Shown here in pieces: positions 9,769 to 20,564 of a DNA stretch of 64,000 bases. Below the pieces are notes generated by a model, which worked only from the letters and a program-made list of their open reading frames with translations, did no database searches and was not told the origin of the DNA. The DNA comes from an uncultured Lachnospiraceae bacterium (GTDB lineage Bacteria > Bacillota > Clostridia > Lachnospirales > Lachnospiraceae). Within the stretch, counting starts at the first letter, position 1, and each line of letters starts with the position of its first letter. The translations under genes and the position numbers were made by a program. The stretch is taken from the NCBI GenBank assembly GCA_944376425.1, contig CALWCS010000182.1:10828-74827 (forward strand), given 5' to 3'.

Positions 9769-10028
9769 AATTTTTTTCTCCTTTTTATTTCCAAATCTTT
9801 GTGTCTTATCATATCACTTATGTGTCCATCAAAAAAGAGCCAATTTTTTGATTTTTTTAGATATCAGTTTTACAAACTTTTTGGAAGATAAGATTGATAT
9901 TAGGAAAGCAAAATGGTTTGCTAGTATTTTAGATTCATTTTTTGTATAATATAAATAGAAGAGCTTCAGATAGAAAAAAGAAGAAAGGAGATGAGAATGC
10001 AGAGATACGGCATTCTCAACAATAAATC

Positions 10029-10943
10029 ATGATATATGATATGATTATTATAGGTTCAGGACCGGCAGGACTTTCAGCAGCGATCTATGCACAAAGGGCA
10101 AGATTGAATACTTTAGTGATAGAACGAGAGTATATAAGCGGAGGGCAGGTAGTCAATACGTATGAAGTGGATAATTATCCAGGTCTTCCTGGAATTAATG
10201 GATTTGAATTAGGAATGAAATTCAGAGAACATGCAGATAAATTAGGAACTGAATTTGTCAACGCCGAAGTAACACAGCTAGAATTATCATCGAAAGTAAA
10301 AAAAGTGATTACAGAGGAAGAAGTTTATGAAGCAAAGACAATTGTGATTGCCACAGGAGCCAGACATCGGAAACTGGGAATTCCAGGGGAAGAAGAATTA
10401 GGAGGAATGGGAGTTTCGTACTGTGCAACTTGCGACGGTGCTTTTTTTAAAGATCATACAGTAGCAGTGGTAGGCGGAGGAGATGTAGCAGTAGAAGATG
10501 CAATCTTTCTTTCCAGAGGATGTGAAAAAATTTATCTGATTCACAGAAGAGAAGAGCTTCGGGCGGCCAAAAGTCTTCAAGAACGGCTCTTTGCATGTAA
10601 TAATGTAGAATTTTTATGGAATACTGAAGTTGTAAAAATTTATGGAGAAGATCATATTGAATGCATTGGAATCCGAAATAAGAAAACGGGTGAGAAAAAA
10701 ACGATGGATATCGAGGGAATTTTTATAGCAGTTGGCACGATTCCAAATTCGGATCTCGTGAAAGGAAAACTTCAGACAGATGAGCAAGGATATATTATAG
10801 CAGGAGAAGACTGCATTACAAATGTAGAAGGAGTTTATGCAGCCGGAGATGTAAGAAAGAAAATGATGCAGCAGATCATTACAGCAGCGGCAGATGGAGC
10901 AAATGCTGTAAATTCTGCGCAGCGTTATTTAATGCTGTCATAA
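10029..10943 (+). CDS. trxB: thioredoxin-disulfide reductase
   Basis: GSGPAG FAD motif, CATCDG redox-active disulfide and GGGDVAVEDA NADPH motif. 304 aa. Confidence 0.93.
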   Translation: MIYDMIIIGSGPAGLSAAIYAQRARLNTLVIEREYISGGQVVNTYEVDNYPGLPGINGFELGMKFREHADKLGTEFVNAEVTQLELSSKVKKVITEEEVYEAKTIVIATGARHRKLGIPGEEELGGMGVSYCATCDGAFFKDHTVAVVGGGDVAVEDAIFLSRGCEKIYLIHRREELRAAKSLQERLFACNNVEFLWNTEVVKIYGEDHIECIGIRNKKTGEKKTMDIEGIFIAVGTIPNSDLVKGKLQTDEQGYIIAGEDCITNVEGVYAAGDVRKKMMQQIITAAADGANAVNSAQRYLMLS

Positions 10944-11122
10944 AACCGTCGTGATATATAAGATACTGTAAAGTATAACAGAAATGTCTCCATATATATA
11001 TAAAGTTTTACAGAAATAAAAATAAAATAATAAGGGTTGACATGTTTATTAATTTTTGATATGATAACCATGTAATAAATTTAATAGTTTTGTAATAAAT
11101 GGATTTATATATATGGAGGCTT

Positions 11123-12835
11123 ATGTTAAAAATGAGAAAAGGAGTAAAAAAAGCAGCGGTTGTCTGTATGGCAGGCGCCATGGCTTTTGGTAATGGAACA
11201 ATGACGGCAGGCGCCGTCAGTATATCATTGATTGATTACAGTGAACTTTTAGAAGACAATGTTCCAGAAGAAGAAACAGAGACAGAAACTACAGCAGAAA
11301 CAGAATCAGAAGAAAATAATGGATCAGAGAGTTTAGGGACAGCAGCGGAAACTACCGAAGAGGAAACTATGACTACAGTAGAACCAACTGATGCTGCCGC
11401 AGAGACAATAACGGATACGACAACAGACACTACGGCAGAAACAACAGATACTTCGGCTGAGACCACAGTAGAAACAATAGATAGTTCAGAAACCTCTGAC
11501 ACTACATATATTGATACAAGCAGTGAATCTACAGTAAAAGCACCGCTTGACCCGGAATTTAATAATATTGCAGTTGCTTATATTAATGATGGTTCCTATG
11601 TCAACATCAGAGATGCGGCAAGTATGGATGGAAATGTAATCGGAAAGATTTACAACAACTGCGGAGCAGATATTCTGGGAGAAGAAGGAGACTGGTATCT
11701 AATTCAGTCAGGATCTGTAACAGGATACGTAAATAAAGCTTACTTTGTAACAGGAGCAGATGCAGAATATCTTAGCTATTTTGTAGCAGATGAAGTTGCT
11801 ACAGTAAATACAGAGACGTTAATGGTTCGTGAATGTGCTGATATCGAATCAGACGTTATCTCCATGGTAGGAGATTCTCAAGAATTAGAGGTATTGGGAC
11901 AAGAAGGAAATTGGGTAAAAGTTGCTGTTGATACCGACCTGATTGGATATGTGTCAGCAGACTATGTAGATTGTGAAACCATTTTTCCAGCTGCTGAATC
12001 TCTAGAAGAAGAAGCGGCAAGAATTGCAGAAGAAGAAGCCGCACAGCAGGCAGCAGAAGAAGCGTATGCACAGTATCTTGCAGAGCAAGAGGCAGCATAT
12101 GCGCAATATCTTGCAGAACAGGAAGCAGCATATCAGGCGGCGATTGCACAGCAGGAGGCTGAACAGGCACAGGCGGAAGCTGAATATGCACAATACCTTG
12201 CAGAACAGGAAGCAGCATATCAGGCAGCCATTGCACAGCAGCAAGCAGATGAGGAAGCATATCAGCAGTATCTTGAAGAACTGGCATATCTGGAATCTTT
12301 ACAGGAAAGTCAAGAACCAGAAACAGAAGCACCAGTATACGAAGAGCCGGTATATGAAGAACCAGAAACAGAAGCACCGGTATACGAAGACCCAGTATAT
12401 GAAGAACCGATATATGAAGATCCAGTATACGAAGAACCAGAAACAGAAGCACCAGTATATGAAGATCCTGGCACTTCAAGTATAGGAGAGCAAATCGTAT
12501 CTTATGCGCTTCAATTTGTCGGAAATCCATATGTATGGGGCGGTACGAGTTTGACAGATGGAGCTGACTGTTCCGGATTTACACAGTCTGTATTTGCAGC
12601 ATTTGGTATTTATATTCCAAGAACAGCAGCAGAACAGGCAGCAGCCGGAACACCAGTGGACTTAGGATCGTTACAGCCAGGAGATTTGATTTTCTACAGC
12701 GATGGAGGAACCATCGGTCACGTATCGATCTATATCGGAAATGGACAGGTTGTACATGCAAGCAGTCCTTCCACAGGAATTATTGTATCAGATAGAAGTT
12801 ACCGGACAGAATACAGTGCAGTGAGATATTACTAA
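11123..12835 (+). CDS. secreted NlpC/P60 peptidoglycan hydrolase with SH3b domains and repeat linkers
   Basis: Signal peptide, T/E-rich region, SH3b-like repeats (GYVNIRD.., GYVNKAYF, GYVSADYV) and a C-terminal NlpC/P60 triad context (DCSGF, GHVSIYIG, VVHASS). The start is ambiguous among 11099, 11123 and 11132. Confidence 0.85.
   Translation: MLKMRKGVKKAAVVCMAGAMAFGNGTMTAGAVSISLIDYSELLEDNVPEEETETETTAETESEENNGSESLGTAAETTEEETMTTVEPTDAAAETITDTTTDTTAETTDTSAETTVETIDSSETSDTTYIDTSSESTVKAPLDPEFNNIAVAYINDGSYVNIRDAASMDGNVIGKIYNNCGADILGEEGDWYLIQSGSVTGYVNKAYFVTGADAEYLSYFVADEVATVNTETLMVRECADIESDVISMVGDSQELEVLGQEGNWVKVAVDTDLIGYVSADYVDCETIFPAAESLEEEAARIAEEEAAQQAAEEAYAQYLAEQEAAYAQYLAEQEAAYQAAIAQQEAEQAQAEAEYAQYLAEQEAAYQAAIAQQQADEEAYQQYLEELAYLESLQESQEPETEAPVYEEPVYEEPETEAPVYEDPVYEEPIYEDPVYEEPETEAPVYEDPGTSSIGEQIVSYALQFVGNPYVWGGTSLTDGADCSGFTQSVFAAFGIYIPRTAAEQAAAGTPVDLGSLQPGDLIFYSDGGTIGHVSIYIGNGQVVHASSPSTGIIVSDRSYRTEYSAVRYY
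12065..12241 (+). repeat. in-frame tandem repeats encoding an A/Q/E coiled-coil (YAQYLAEQEAAYQAAIAQQ units)
   Basis: 33-nt unit TATGCACAGTATCTTGCAGAGCAAGAGGCAGCA recurs three times with a shared 24-nt extension. Confidence 0.8.
12314..12469 (+). repeat. in-frame tandem repeats encoding EPETEAPVYE(D/E)PVYE units
   Basis: GAACCAGAAACAGAAGCACC(A/G)GTATA(C/T)GAAGA occurs three times. Confidence 0.8.
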
Positions 12836-12876
12836 TCATTTAACAAGGTTAAAATAAAATTTAACATATAGCCTTT

Positions 12877-12911
12877 GGGGATCGTGAAAACGGTCCCCTT
12901 TCCATTTTCAT
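12877..12911 (+). terminator. intrinsic terminator
   Basis: Stem GGGGATCG / CGGTCCCC followed by TTTCCATTTTC. Confidence 0.65.
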
Positions 12912-13118
12912 TATCAAAGAAAGACGAAAAAGAAACGGTATCTGTGGTAAAACAGTACGAAAGGAAAAAACAGTAGATAAATTGTAAGATAATTCAGAAT
13001 AGATTCAGAATTGAAAAAAAGGCGATTTGACGGGAAAAAGAAGAAAAATTAGAAAAATGCACAAAAGAGAGAAGAGTGTCTTTGAAAAAGGAATAGAAAA
13101 ATAGACAGATTTAAAAAG

Positions 13119-13208
13119 TTATCCACATTTTTGCAATGGAAAAAAAGGTGAAAAATAGAGTTATACACATAGTTATCCACATTATCCACATAAAAACATG
13201 GTGGATAA
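13119..13208. promoter_or_regulatory. cluster of five DnaA boxes
   Basis: TTATCCACA at 13119-13127, 13173-13181 and 13182-13190 (the last two abut). TTATACACA at 13161-13169. Inverted TTATCCACC at 13200-13208. Confidence 0.75.
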
Positions 13209-13341
13209 GTGGTTTACATAGTATTTTTATGGGAATATATGTTTTGTGCAAAACGTACAAAGCAAATGAAAAGAAAAAAATAGAATTCAATGATTTAAAA
13301 GACAAGTTGTTTAATATATAAAAAAATAATAGATATTATCA

Positions 13342-13386
13342 GAAAAAAAGACTTATCCGTTTTGAAGGTGCGGATAAGTCTTTTTC
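13342..13386 (-). terminator. intrinsic terminator (bidirectional geometry)
   Basis: 11-bp stem AGACTTATCCG / CGGATAAGTCT with an A7 run before and a T5 run after. Confidence 0.75.
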
Positions 13387-13391
13387 AGTTA

Positions 13392-15014
13392 TTACCAATA
13401 TCGCATTGCTTTTACCGGTGTACGGTAATTATAATTAGAAACAGTAATACCAAGTTGTTCATTTGCTGCATGAATGATTTTTCCATTTCCGATATATAAT
13501 GCTACATGCCCGGCATAAGAGGAGGATCCATAAAACAGCAGATCTCCGGGAAGAAGATCATTTAAGTCTACATCAATACGTGTTCCATTTCCTTTCATCT
13601 GTGCATCAGCAGTACGAGGAATCCGGATACCAAAATGAAGCATAACCTGTTGAGTAAATCCGGAGCAGTCTACACCAGTGTACAAATTGTTGCCGCCATA
13701 GACATACGGATAACCACGAAACTGCATAGCATAGTCTACGATTTCCTGACCAAAGGAAGAAATTTCTTCCTTTGTAATAACACCGGAAGAATTGATCGTA
13801 TAAATCTTTCCATTTATGGTTAATGTAGTATTTGTGACAAGAGAGCCTTTGCGATAGGATGACTCTGCTTTTGGACGGAAATAATATTTTTTGCCTTCAA
13901 TTGTCTGAAAGCCCGTCACAATCTGATCATCAGAGGGATCAAAATAAAAACGCTGCCCGTTGATCGTCTGCCACTTTGTGACTCGATTTCCGTCTTTGTC
14001 GAAATAGTAATCTAAATACCAGTTATTCGTTACGACAACCCCATAGCGGTTGATGTATTTTTCACCTACCCATTGACTTTTGACGAGAATACCTGTTGTC
14101 TTATCGGTATAGTAAGTTTTTCCATTGTAAGGAATAAAACCCTTTACCTTAGCTCCTGTAGATGAATGAAAATAATATCGATTTCCGCCGACAGTACGCC
14201 AACCTGTTGCAACAACGCCATTATTCATGACGTAATATGTATTGTGAATCCATTTTCCTGCAATCATTGCTCCAGAAGAATCCGTACAGAAACGATGTCC
14301 ATTTGTAGTGATAAAAGAATTTTTTACAATCACTCCCGTAGAAGGATCAAAGTAATATTTTTTAGAACCGATTTTTGTCCATCCAAGCGCCATAGAAGAA
14401 TCTGATTTTACATAGAATCTACCCATCCATCTGTTTTTTTGGAGAATACCGTAACCGTTTGCATAATATTTTTTACCGTTATAAGAAAACCAGCCCGTTT
14501 TTGCTTTTCCATTTACAAAAAAATAGCGATTTTCACCGATCGTTGTAAAGCCGGAGGCACGTTTTCCAGTACTGTCCAGATAATAGCCGTCCACCCACTT
14601 GCTTTTTTGCATTACACCATTTTGGTCACTGTAGTACCATAATTTTGATGTTGCGGCCTGAAACCATCCTGTCTGAAGAACGCCGTTTGCAGGACTAAAA
14701 TAATAAGCCTTTCCTCCAATGACGGCACGACCTGTTTTCATGATTCCTGTTTTTAAGTCAAAATAAAAAGATCGTCCACCAGTTCGGAACCATCCAGTCA
14801 GCATATATCCTTTCTTATTAAAATAGTATGTTTTCCCGTCAATTTTTTTGAGTCCCACCATATAGCCTGGAGATTGATCTATTGTGTACCGCGTTCCTCC
14901 TGAAGTTTTTTGCCAGGCAGCATCTGCCTGACTGGGCACAGCAAAAAATGTTAAAAACCCTGCAAGTGTAAGAACAGTAAAAATTCCTTTTTTCATAAGA
15001 AAACTCCTTATCAT
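13392..15014 (-). CDS. secreted NlpC/P60 hydrolase with cell-wall-binding (CW_binding_1 type) repeats
   Basis: Signal peptide, about 17 GW..(G)..YYF repeats and a C-terminal VDCSGF / GHVALYIG / IIHAAN catalytic context. Confidence 0.88.
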   Translation of the reverse strand: MIRSFLMKKGIFTVLTLAGFLTFFAVPSQADAAWQKTSGGTRYTIDQSPGYMVGLKKIDGKTYYFNKKGYMLTGWFRTGGRSFYFDLKTGIMKTGRAVIGGKAYYFSPANGVLQTGWFQAATSKLWYYSDQNGVMQKSKWVDGYYLDSTGKRASGFTTIGENRYFFVNGKAKTGWFSYNGKKYYANGYGILQKNRWMGRFYVKSDSSMALGWTKIGSKKYYFDPSTGVIVKNSFITTNGHRFCTDSSGAMIAGKWIHNTYYVMNNGVVATGWRTVGGNRYYFHSSTGAKVKGFIPYNGKTYYTDKTTGILVKSQWVGEKYINRYGVVVTNNWYLDYYFDKDGNRVTKWQTINGQRFYFDPSDDQIVTGFQTIEGKKYYFRPKAESSYRKGSLVTNTTLTINGKIYTINSSGVITKEEISSFGQEIVDYAMQFRGYPYVYGGNNLYTGVDCSGFTQQVMLHFGIRIPRTADAQMKGNGTRIDVDLNDLLPGDLLFYGSSSYAGHVALYIGNGKIIHAANEQLGITVSNYNYRTPVKAMRYW

Positions 15015-15216
15015 AAAAATAGAAAAGTTACAAAAATATTAAATTCTATTTACAATTTTACTAAAAATAGATAGAAAAGTCAAGCAAAAGGAAAATACTA
15101 AATTGGAATCTCCTGGTCAAGAAAACTAAAAAAAGAATGTTTGACCTCCAAAAATGAAATAGAAATTGGTTTTTTTACGAAAAAACAGGTAAAATTACGC
15201 AGATGCCGGAGATCGA

Positions 15217-15245
15217 TTGACCATTTATTTTGTGTTGGATATAAT
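15217..15245 (+). promoter_or_regulatory. sigma-A type promoter
   Basis: TTGACC, 17-nt spacer, TATAAT, about 70 nt upstream of the esterase start. Confidence 0.6.
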
Positions 15246-15315
15246 CGAAATATCTTAAGAAACATGAATGTAACAGACAAAAAGAAGGTAAGAAAATCAA
15301 AGAAAGGACGTCACT

Positions 15316-16677
15316 ATGAAAAAAACTTTTCCATTATTTTTATCATTATTGATGAGCGCCAGCGTCTTTAGTCCGGTCATTGCAGCAGAGTCTCAAGAAG
15401 AGACAACAGGCGGATGTGTCATTGAGGAAGCAACGGCAGAAAATCTTGAAGGGGAATACGGAGCAGCATATGAAGCGGCAGGCTATCAGGCTACGTTTAC
15501 TTATGTTGCAGACCAGGAAGACGATATTGCCAAAATCGAAGTATTTGGAGATTTCCAATGGGTTACAGATGAGCTGGCAAAAGAATTTGTGGGTTCCGAT
15601 TATTCTGAGGCAATCCGTATTTTAAGCGCATATGAATATGTAGAAGGGGCATTCCACACTGGATATTCCAATCCCGGCGGAGCAGGTGAATATCCTGAAG
15701 GAATTTGTTACGATGGCGGTTTTATCAACTATACAATGACAGAAGTTGCCGATGATATTTATCAGATCACAATGCCGATGCCGGCTGGATTTTATCGTTA
15801 TGAATATCGTATTACCGACAGTAAAGGAGAAACGACACTGATCGACGATCCATGTAATGATTTTGGATACACGATTGAAGAAAATAATCCGACGCCTGCT
15901 GATTGGAGTCTGATTCTGGTTGGTACAGCCGATGAAGTTTCAGAGACGGAAGCGTATGCTTATCCGATAGAAGACGAAACGAAACAGGGTACCGTTGAGA
16001 AAGCTGTCATTAAGACGTATCTTAATACAGATCAGGATATTGCTGTCTATCTTCCGTATGATTACGATGAGAATGACCCGATCCCATATAAGACACTTTA
16101 TGTAGCACACGGAAGTACAGAAAATGAAGATACCTGGATGATTGCAGGAGCTTTGTCGAACATGATGGACAGACTGATGGAAGAAGGCAGGATTGATCAT
16201 ACCATCGTTGTCACAATGGATAATTGCGTGCCGCTTAATAATTATGAGGATGATGTGCCGAAGAACTTTGCAGAGTGCCTGATTCCATACATAGAAGCAA
16301 ACTACAATGTATCTAAAGATTCGCAAGACCGTGCAATCTGCGGTTCTTCCCGCGGAGGGCAGATGGTATATCAGATGATGTCAGAATATCCAGACTTAAT
16401 GAAATACTATGGTGCATTTTCTTTTAGAAGAGAAATGGATATGGAAGCACTGTTTCCGGCTGAGACAGTAGAAGCACTAAAAGATAGCTATATTTGTCTG
16501 GGAAGAGGAAACGTAGAACCTGCTACACCGGCAATGCTGATCAAATACAACGATCTGATTGAACTTGGTCTTGAAAATGTTGTATTGTATGACAGCATCG
16601 GCGCGCATGACTGGGGCAACTGGAGAAGTCTCTATCAGCAGTATGTCGATTATATAGGCTGGACAGAGATAGAATAA
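15316..16677 (+). CDS. secreted esterase-family alpha/beta hydrolase with N-terminal E-set/CBM48-like domain
   Basis: Signal peptide, a YLPYDYDEN..LYVAHG segment typical of the putative-esterase family, and GSSRGG (GxSxG nucleophile elbow). Confidence 0.75.
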   Translation: MKKTFPLFLSLLMSASVFSPVIAAESQEETTGGCVIEEATAENLEGEYGAAYEAAGYQATFTYVADQEDDIAKIEVFGDFQWVTDELAKEFVGSDYSEAIRILSAYEYVEGAFHTGYSNPGGAGEYPEGICYDGGFINYTMTEVADDIYQITMPMPAGFYRYEYRITDSKGETTLIDDPCNDFGYTIEENNPTPADWSLILVGTADEVSETEAYAYPIEDETKQGTVEKAVIKTYLNTDQDIAVYLPYDYDENDPIPYKTLYVAHGSTENEDTWMIAGALSNMMDRLMEEGRIDHTIVVTMDNCVPLNNYEDDVPKNFAECLIPYIEANYNVSKDSQDRAICGSSRGGQMVYQMMSEYPDLMKYYGAFSFRREMDMEALFPAETVEALKDSYICLGRGNVEPATPAMLIKYNDLIELGLENVVLYDSIGAHDWGNWRSLYQQYVDYIGWTEIE

Positions 16678-16680
16678 TAA

Positions 16681-16733
16681 AAAAACAGAGGGCAGAGAAT
16701 CATTTTACGTGATTACTCACCCTCTGTTTTTTT
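16681..16733. terminator. bidirectional intrinsic terminator
   Basis: CAGAGGG / CCCTCTG outer stem with an A-run before and T7 after, between convergent genes. Confidence 0.7.
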
Positions 16734-16753
16734 AGATTAGGAAAATTGATTTC

Positions 16754-17392
16754 CTACTGTGCTTTTGCACTTTTTTTCTTTGTCTGCATTCTTTTTATTA
16801 CTTTCAGGCGTGTAAATTCTTCACGGTCTTTTTCTTCCAAAGCATTTTGAATACTGGTTGTCAGTTCTTCATACATTGGAATTGTGATATTTTTCAGAGC
16901 GTTCGCACGCTTTTGAGTTTTTTTAATATTGTTGGCAAGCCGGTACGCAGAATTTTCAATCATAGAAAGCCGGATCGTCAAATTTTTCACTCGCTCAAAT
17001 GCTATTTTTGCCTGATCAAGAGATGATTTTGTGGAATAATACGAATAGACAGAACGAACCGGAACAGAGTCGTATTCTACAAGAGGAATTTCCGTTCCCA
17101 TAATGCTGCGCGTTTTGATCCGAATCGAATCCTCCACAGGAACTGTAAAAGATACCTCCTGAACATAATTGATACCAAGCTCGATATTGGCACGCTGAAG
17201 AGCAGCGTATGCGGTTCGGAAGGTTTCATCGATTTCACTTTGAATTTTAGAGGCCTGATTGATCAGATCCATAATCTCACGGATCAGAATATTTCGTTTT
17301 TTATCCATCAGCTCATATCCCTGTTTGGCAAGAGCTAAAGAATTTTTTGCAAGAATCAGATTTCCCTTTGTGGGAAAGGTATTTGGATTCAT
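16754..17392 (-). CDS. atpD: V-type ATPase subunit D
   Basis: [36 protein letters not shown] is the canonical subunit D N-terminus. 4-nt overlap with subunit B. Confidence 0.92.
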   Translation of the reverse strand: MNPNTFPTKGNLILAKNSLALAKQGYELMDKKRNILIREIMDLINQASKIQSEIDETFRTAYAALQRANIELGINYVQEVSFTVPVEDSIRIKTRSIMGTEIPLVEYDSVPVRSVYSYYSTKSSLDQAKIAFERVKNLTIRLSMIENSAYRLANNIKKTQKRANALKNITIPMYEELTTSIQNALEEKDREEFTRLKVIKRMQTKKKSAKAQ

Positions 17393-18783
17393 ACGCTCAC
17401 CTCAGAATCTGCAGGTTTATAATAACGATCCAAAATTTTGGTATCGATACGATCGAGTTCTTCTTTAGGAAGCATACCAAGCAGTTCCCATCCTTTATCC
17501 AGAGTTTCTGTAATAGAACGGTTTTCTTCTTCGCCCTGACCGATAAATTCTGACTCAAATGCTTTTCCAAACAAAAGATATTTTTTATCGAGAGGGGAAA
17601 GTTCATCTTCACCGATAACAGATGCAAGTGCTCTGGCATCTCCTACCTTGGCATAACAGGAAAAAAGCTGGTTGGCGACAGCCTGATGATCTTCTCTTGT
17701 ATAACCTTCTCCGATACCGTCTTTCATTAGACGAGACAGGGAAGGAAGAACATTGATCGGAGGATAGATTGCCTGACCATGAAGCTGTCTGTCAAGTACA
17801 ATCTGCCCTTCTGTGATGTATCCTGTCAAGTCAGGAATCGGATGGGTAATATCGTCATTGGGCATCGTTAGAATCGGAATCTGTGTCACAGAACCATTAA
17901 TTCCCTCGACGATTCCGGCACGTTCGTAGATTGTAGCAAGTTCACTGTAGAGATATCCCGGAAAGCCCTTACGGCTTGGAATTTCTCCTTTTGAAGAAGA
18001 AACTTCACGCATGGCTTCTGCAAAAGAAGTCATGTCCGTAAGGATAACGAGAATATGCATTTCTTTTTCAAAGGCAAGATATTCTGCGGCAGTCAGAGCT
18101 ACCTTTGGAGTGATCAGACGCTCTACGACAGGATCATTGGCAAGATTTAAATACATTACAACGTGGTCAGAAACGCCGCTTTCTTCAAAAGTTTTCTGGA
18201 AAAACTGCGCCACATCGTATTTAATTCCCATCGCAGCAAAAACAATTGCGAATTTTTCATCTGAGTTTTCGCCAAGAGAAGCCTGCTTTACAATCTGTGC
18301 TGCAAGACGGTCATGAGGAAGTCCATTTCCCGAAAAAATAGGAAGTTTCTGACCGCGGATCAAAGTGGTCAGCCCATCAATTGCTGAGATTCCTGTTCGG
18401 ATATAATTTCGAGGATACTCGCGAGTGACAGGGTTGAGCGGAAGTCCATTGACATTTGCTTTTTTTTCGGGAGTAATATCGCCAAGTCCATCAATTGGCT
18501 GACCGATTCCGTTAAAGGTACGCCCCAGAATTTCGGGGGCGAGAGAAATTTCCATCGGATGTCCTGTCAAATGAGTGCGGGTATTTTGCAAAGATATATT
18601 CTCAGTGCTTTCGAATACCTGAATGACGGCTTTGTCTTCATAAATCTCGACGATACGTCCCAGCTTTTTTTCATTTCCGTCGACAGTGATTTCAACAATT
18701 TCCTCAAAGGAAGCGTCCTGAACACCTTCGAGAACGACCAGAGGACCATTGACCTCGCTGAGTCCTAAATATTCTATAGCCAT
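17389..18783 (-). CDS. atpB: V-type ATPase subunit B
   Basis: 464 aa. Non-catalytic B-subunit pattern (GRIVEI.., [15 protein letters not shown]). Confidence 0.95.
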   Translation of the reverse strand: MAIEYLGLSEVNGPLVVLEGVQDASFEEIVEITVDGNEKKLGRIVEIYEDKAVIQVFESTENISLQNTRTHLTGHPMEISLAPEILGRTFNGIGQPIDGLGDITPEKKANVNGLPLNPVTREYPRNYIRTGISAIDGLTTLIRGQKLPIFSGNGLPHDRLAAQIVKQASLGENSDEKFAIVFAAMGIKYDVAQFFQKTFEESGVSDHVVMYLNLANDPVVERLITPKVALTAAEYLAFEKEMHILVILTDMTSFAEAMREVSSSKGEIPSRKGFPGYLYSELATIYERAGIVEGINGSVTQIPILTMPNDDITHPIPDLTGYITEGQIVLDRQLHGQAIYPPINVLPSLSRLMKDGIGEGYTREDHQAVANQLFSCYAKVGDARALASVIGEDELSPLDKKYLLFGKAFESEFIGQGEEENRSITETLDKGWELLGMLPKEELDRIDTKILDRYYKPADSEVSV

Positions 18784-18797
18784 AATGATTCCCCTTT

Positions 18798-20564
18798 CTA
18801 TGCATTTTCCTCCAGGACAGCATTGTAAAATTGATCGATTGCCTTTTTATAGTCATCGAACAGATCCAGTCTGTCATTTGGAACGTCGTATTTGATCGCG
18901 ATAACGCGGTCAAAAATATCATGTGATTTCAGAACCGACATCGGCATTCCCATTGTAATCAGAGTTCTGGACTTCTGATACAGATAGAGAATGGTATCCA
19001 TCATTTGAAACTGTTTTTCCATAGGAACGCACGTATCTTCTTTATGGAATGCATTTTGCTGCAAAAAGCCAAGACGAATCACACGAGCGATCTCTAATGT
19101 CAGTTTCTGATCATCCGGCAAAACGTCACCGCCGATCAGCTTTACAATTTCCATTAACTTACTTTCCTGGTTAAGCAGTGCCATGATTTGATTTCGATAA
19201 TCTACAAAATTCGGATGAATGTGATCTTTATACCATGGAGCAAGATCACTTAAATATTCACTGTAACTGGTCAGCCAATGAATGGCAGGGAAATGTCTTG
19301 CATAGGCAAGAGATTTATCAAGTCCCCAGAAACAGCGCACGAAACGTTTCGTATTTTGGGTAACTGGCTCAGAAAAGTCACCACCCTGAGGAGAGACAGC
19401 GCCGATAATGGAGACGGAACCTTCTGTGTCGTTTAAATTCTGCATCATGCCGGCACGCTCGTAAAATGCAGAAAGACGGGAAGCAAGGTATGCGGGAAAA
19501 CCTTCCTCGGCAGGCATTTCTTCCAGACGACCGGAAAGTTCACGCAGAGCTTCTGCCCAACGAGAAGTAGAATCGGCCATAATAGCCACATCGTATCCCA
19601 TATCCCGGTAATATTCTGCCAATGTGACTCCTGTGTAAATAGAAGCTTCACGCGCTGCAACAGGCATATTGGAAGTATTTGCAATCAAGGCCGTACGGTC
19701 CATCAGAGGATTTCCGGTTCTTGGATCAACCAGGTGAGAGAATTCTTCCAATACCTGTGTCATTTCATTGCCACGTTCTCCGCATCCGATATAGATAATA
19801 ATATCGGCGTTGGCCCATTTGGCAATCTGATGCTGCGTCATAGTCTTTCCGGTTCCAAATCCTCCCGGAACAGCAGCAGTACCGCCCTTTGCAATAGGAA
19901 ACAAAGTATCGAGAATACGCTGACCTGTGATAAGAGGTTTTGAAGCTGAGAACCTGGTCAAGGTAGGTCTTGGAATACGGATCGGCCATTTCTGGGCAAT
20001 GGTCAGGTCTTGTTCCTTGCCGTTTTCAAGCCGGATCGTTATAATCGGGTCAAAGATCCGATAGGCTCCGTCCGATGCGGCTTTTATGACGGTACCTGAT
20101 ACATTCGGAGGAACCATAGCCTTATGGAGAATTGCAGGAGTTTCCTGAATTTCAGCTATAATCGTGCCGCCATGTATAAATTCGCCTTCTTTTACTGTAA
20201 TATGTGTCTCCCATAATTTTTCTGTATCCAGAGAGTCGACACTAATACCGCGGCTGATATATTTTCCGGAAGACTTTGCAATCTCACCTAAAGGACGTTC
20301 AATTCCGTCAAAAATATTATTTAAGATTCCGGGAGCAAGAATGACAGAGATTGCATCGCCGCTTGCCTCAACAATTTCGCCTGGTTTTAATCCCGTAGTT
20401 TCTTCGAATACCTGAACTGTGGTAGTATCAAGAGTCAGTCCGATTACTTCACCGACAAGCTTTTCTTTTCCGACATAGACCATCTCGGACATTTTAAATC
20501 CGGTATTGCCTTTGAGGTAAATGACAGGACCGTTGATACCGTAAATAACACCTGTTTTATTCAT
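18798..20564 (-). CDS. atpA: V-type ATPase catalytic subunit A
   Basis: Walker A GGFGTGKT and non-homologous-region insert. Start chosen at MNKTG (GGAGGAG RBS 7 nt upstream). The ORF track extends to 20579. Confidence 0.95.
   Translation of the reverse strand: MNKTGVIYGINGPVIYLKGNTGFKMSEMVYVGKEKLVGEVIGLTLDTTTVQVFEETTGLKPGEIVEASGDAISVILAPGILNNIFDGIERPLGEIAKSSGKYISRGISVDSLDTEKLWETHITVKEGEFIHGGTIIAEIQETPAILHKAMVPPNVSGTVIKAASDGAYRIFDPIITIRLENGKEQDLTIAQKWPIRIPRPTLTRFSASKPLITGQRILDTLFPIAKGGTAAVPGGFGTGKTMTQHQIAKWANADIIIYIGCGERGNEMTQVLEEFSHLVDPRTGNPLMDRTALIANTSNMPVAAREASIYTGVTLAEYYRDMGYDVAIMADSTSRWAEALRELSGRLEEMPAEEGFPAYLASRLSAFYERAGMMQNLNDTEGSVSIIGAVSPQGGDFSEPVTQNTKRFVRCFWGLDKSLAYARHFPAIHWLTSYSEYLSDLAPWYKDHIHPNFVDYRNQIMALLNQESKLMEIVKLIGGDVLPDDQKLTLEIARVIRLGFLQQNAFHKEDTCVPMEKQFQMMDTILYLYQKSRTLITMGMPMSVLKSHDIFDRVIAIKYDVPNDRLDLFDDYKKAIDQFYNAVLEENA

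Noticed and set aside
11856-12530. 224-aa, 153-aa and 80-aa ORFs overlapping the hydrolase repeat region.
   Set aside because: These are alternative-frame readings of tandem repeats inside a well-supported NlpC/P60 gene, with L/Q/H/K-rich nonsense composition.
13119-13208. Reading the DnaA-box cluster as the chromosomal origin oriC.
   Set aside because: No dnaA, dnaN or rpmH is nearby. Flanking genes converge on the site rather than diverge from it, and gene orientation across the window does not switch the way it does at an origin.
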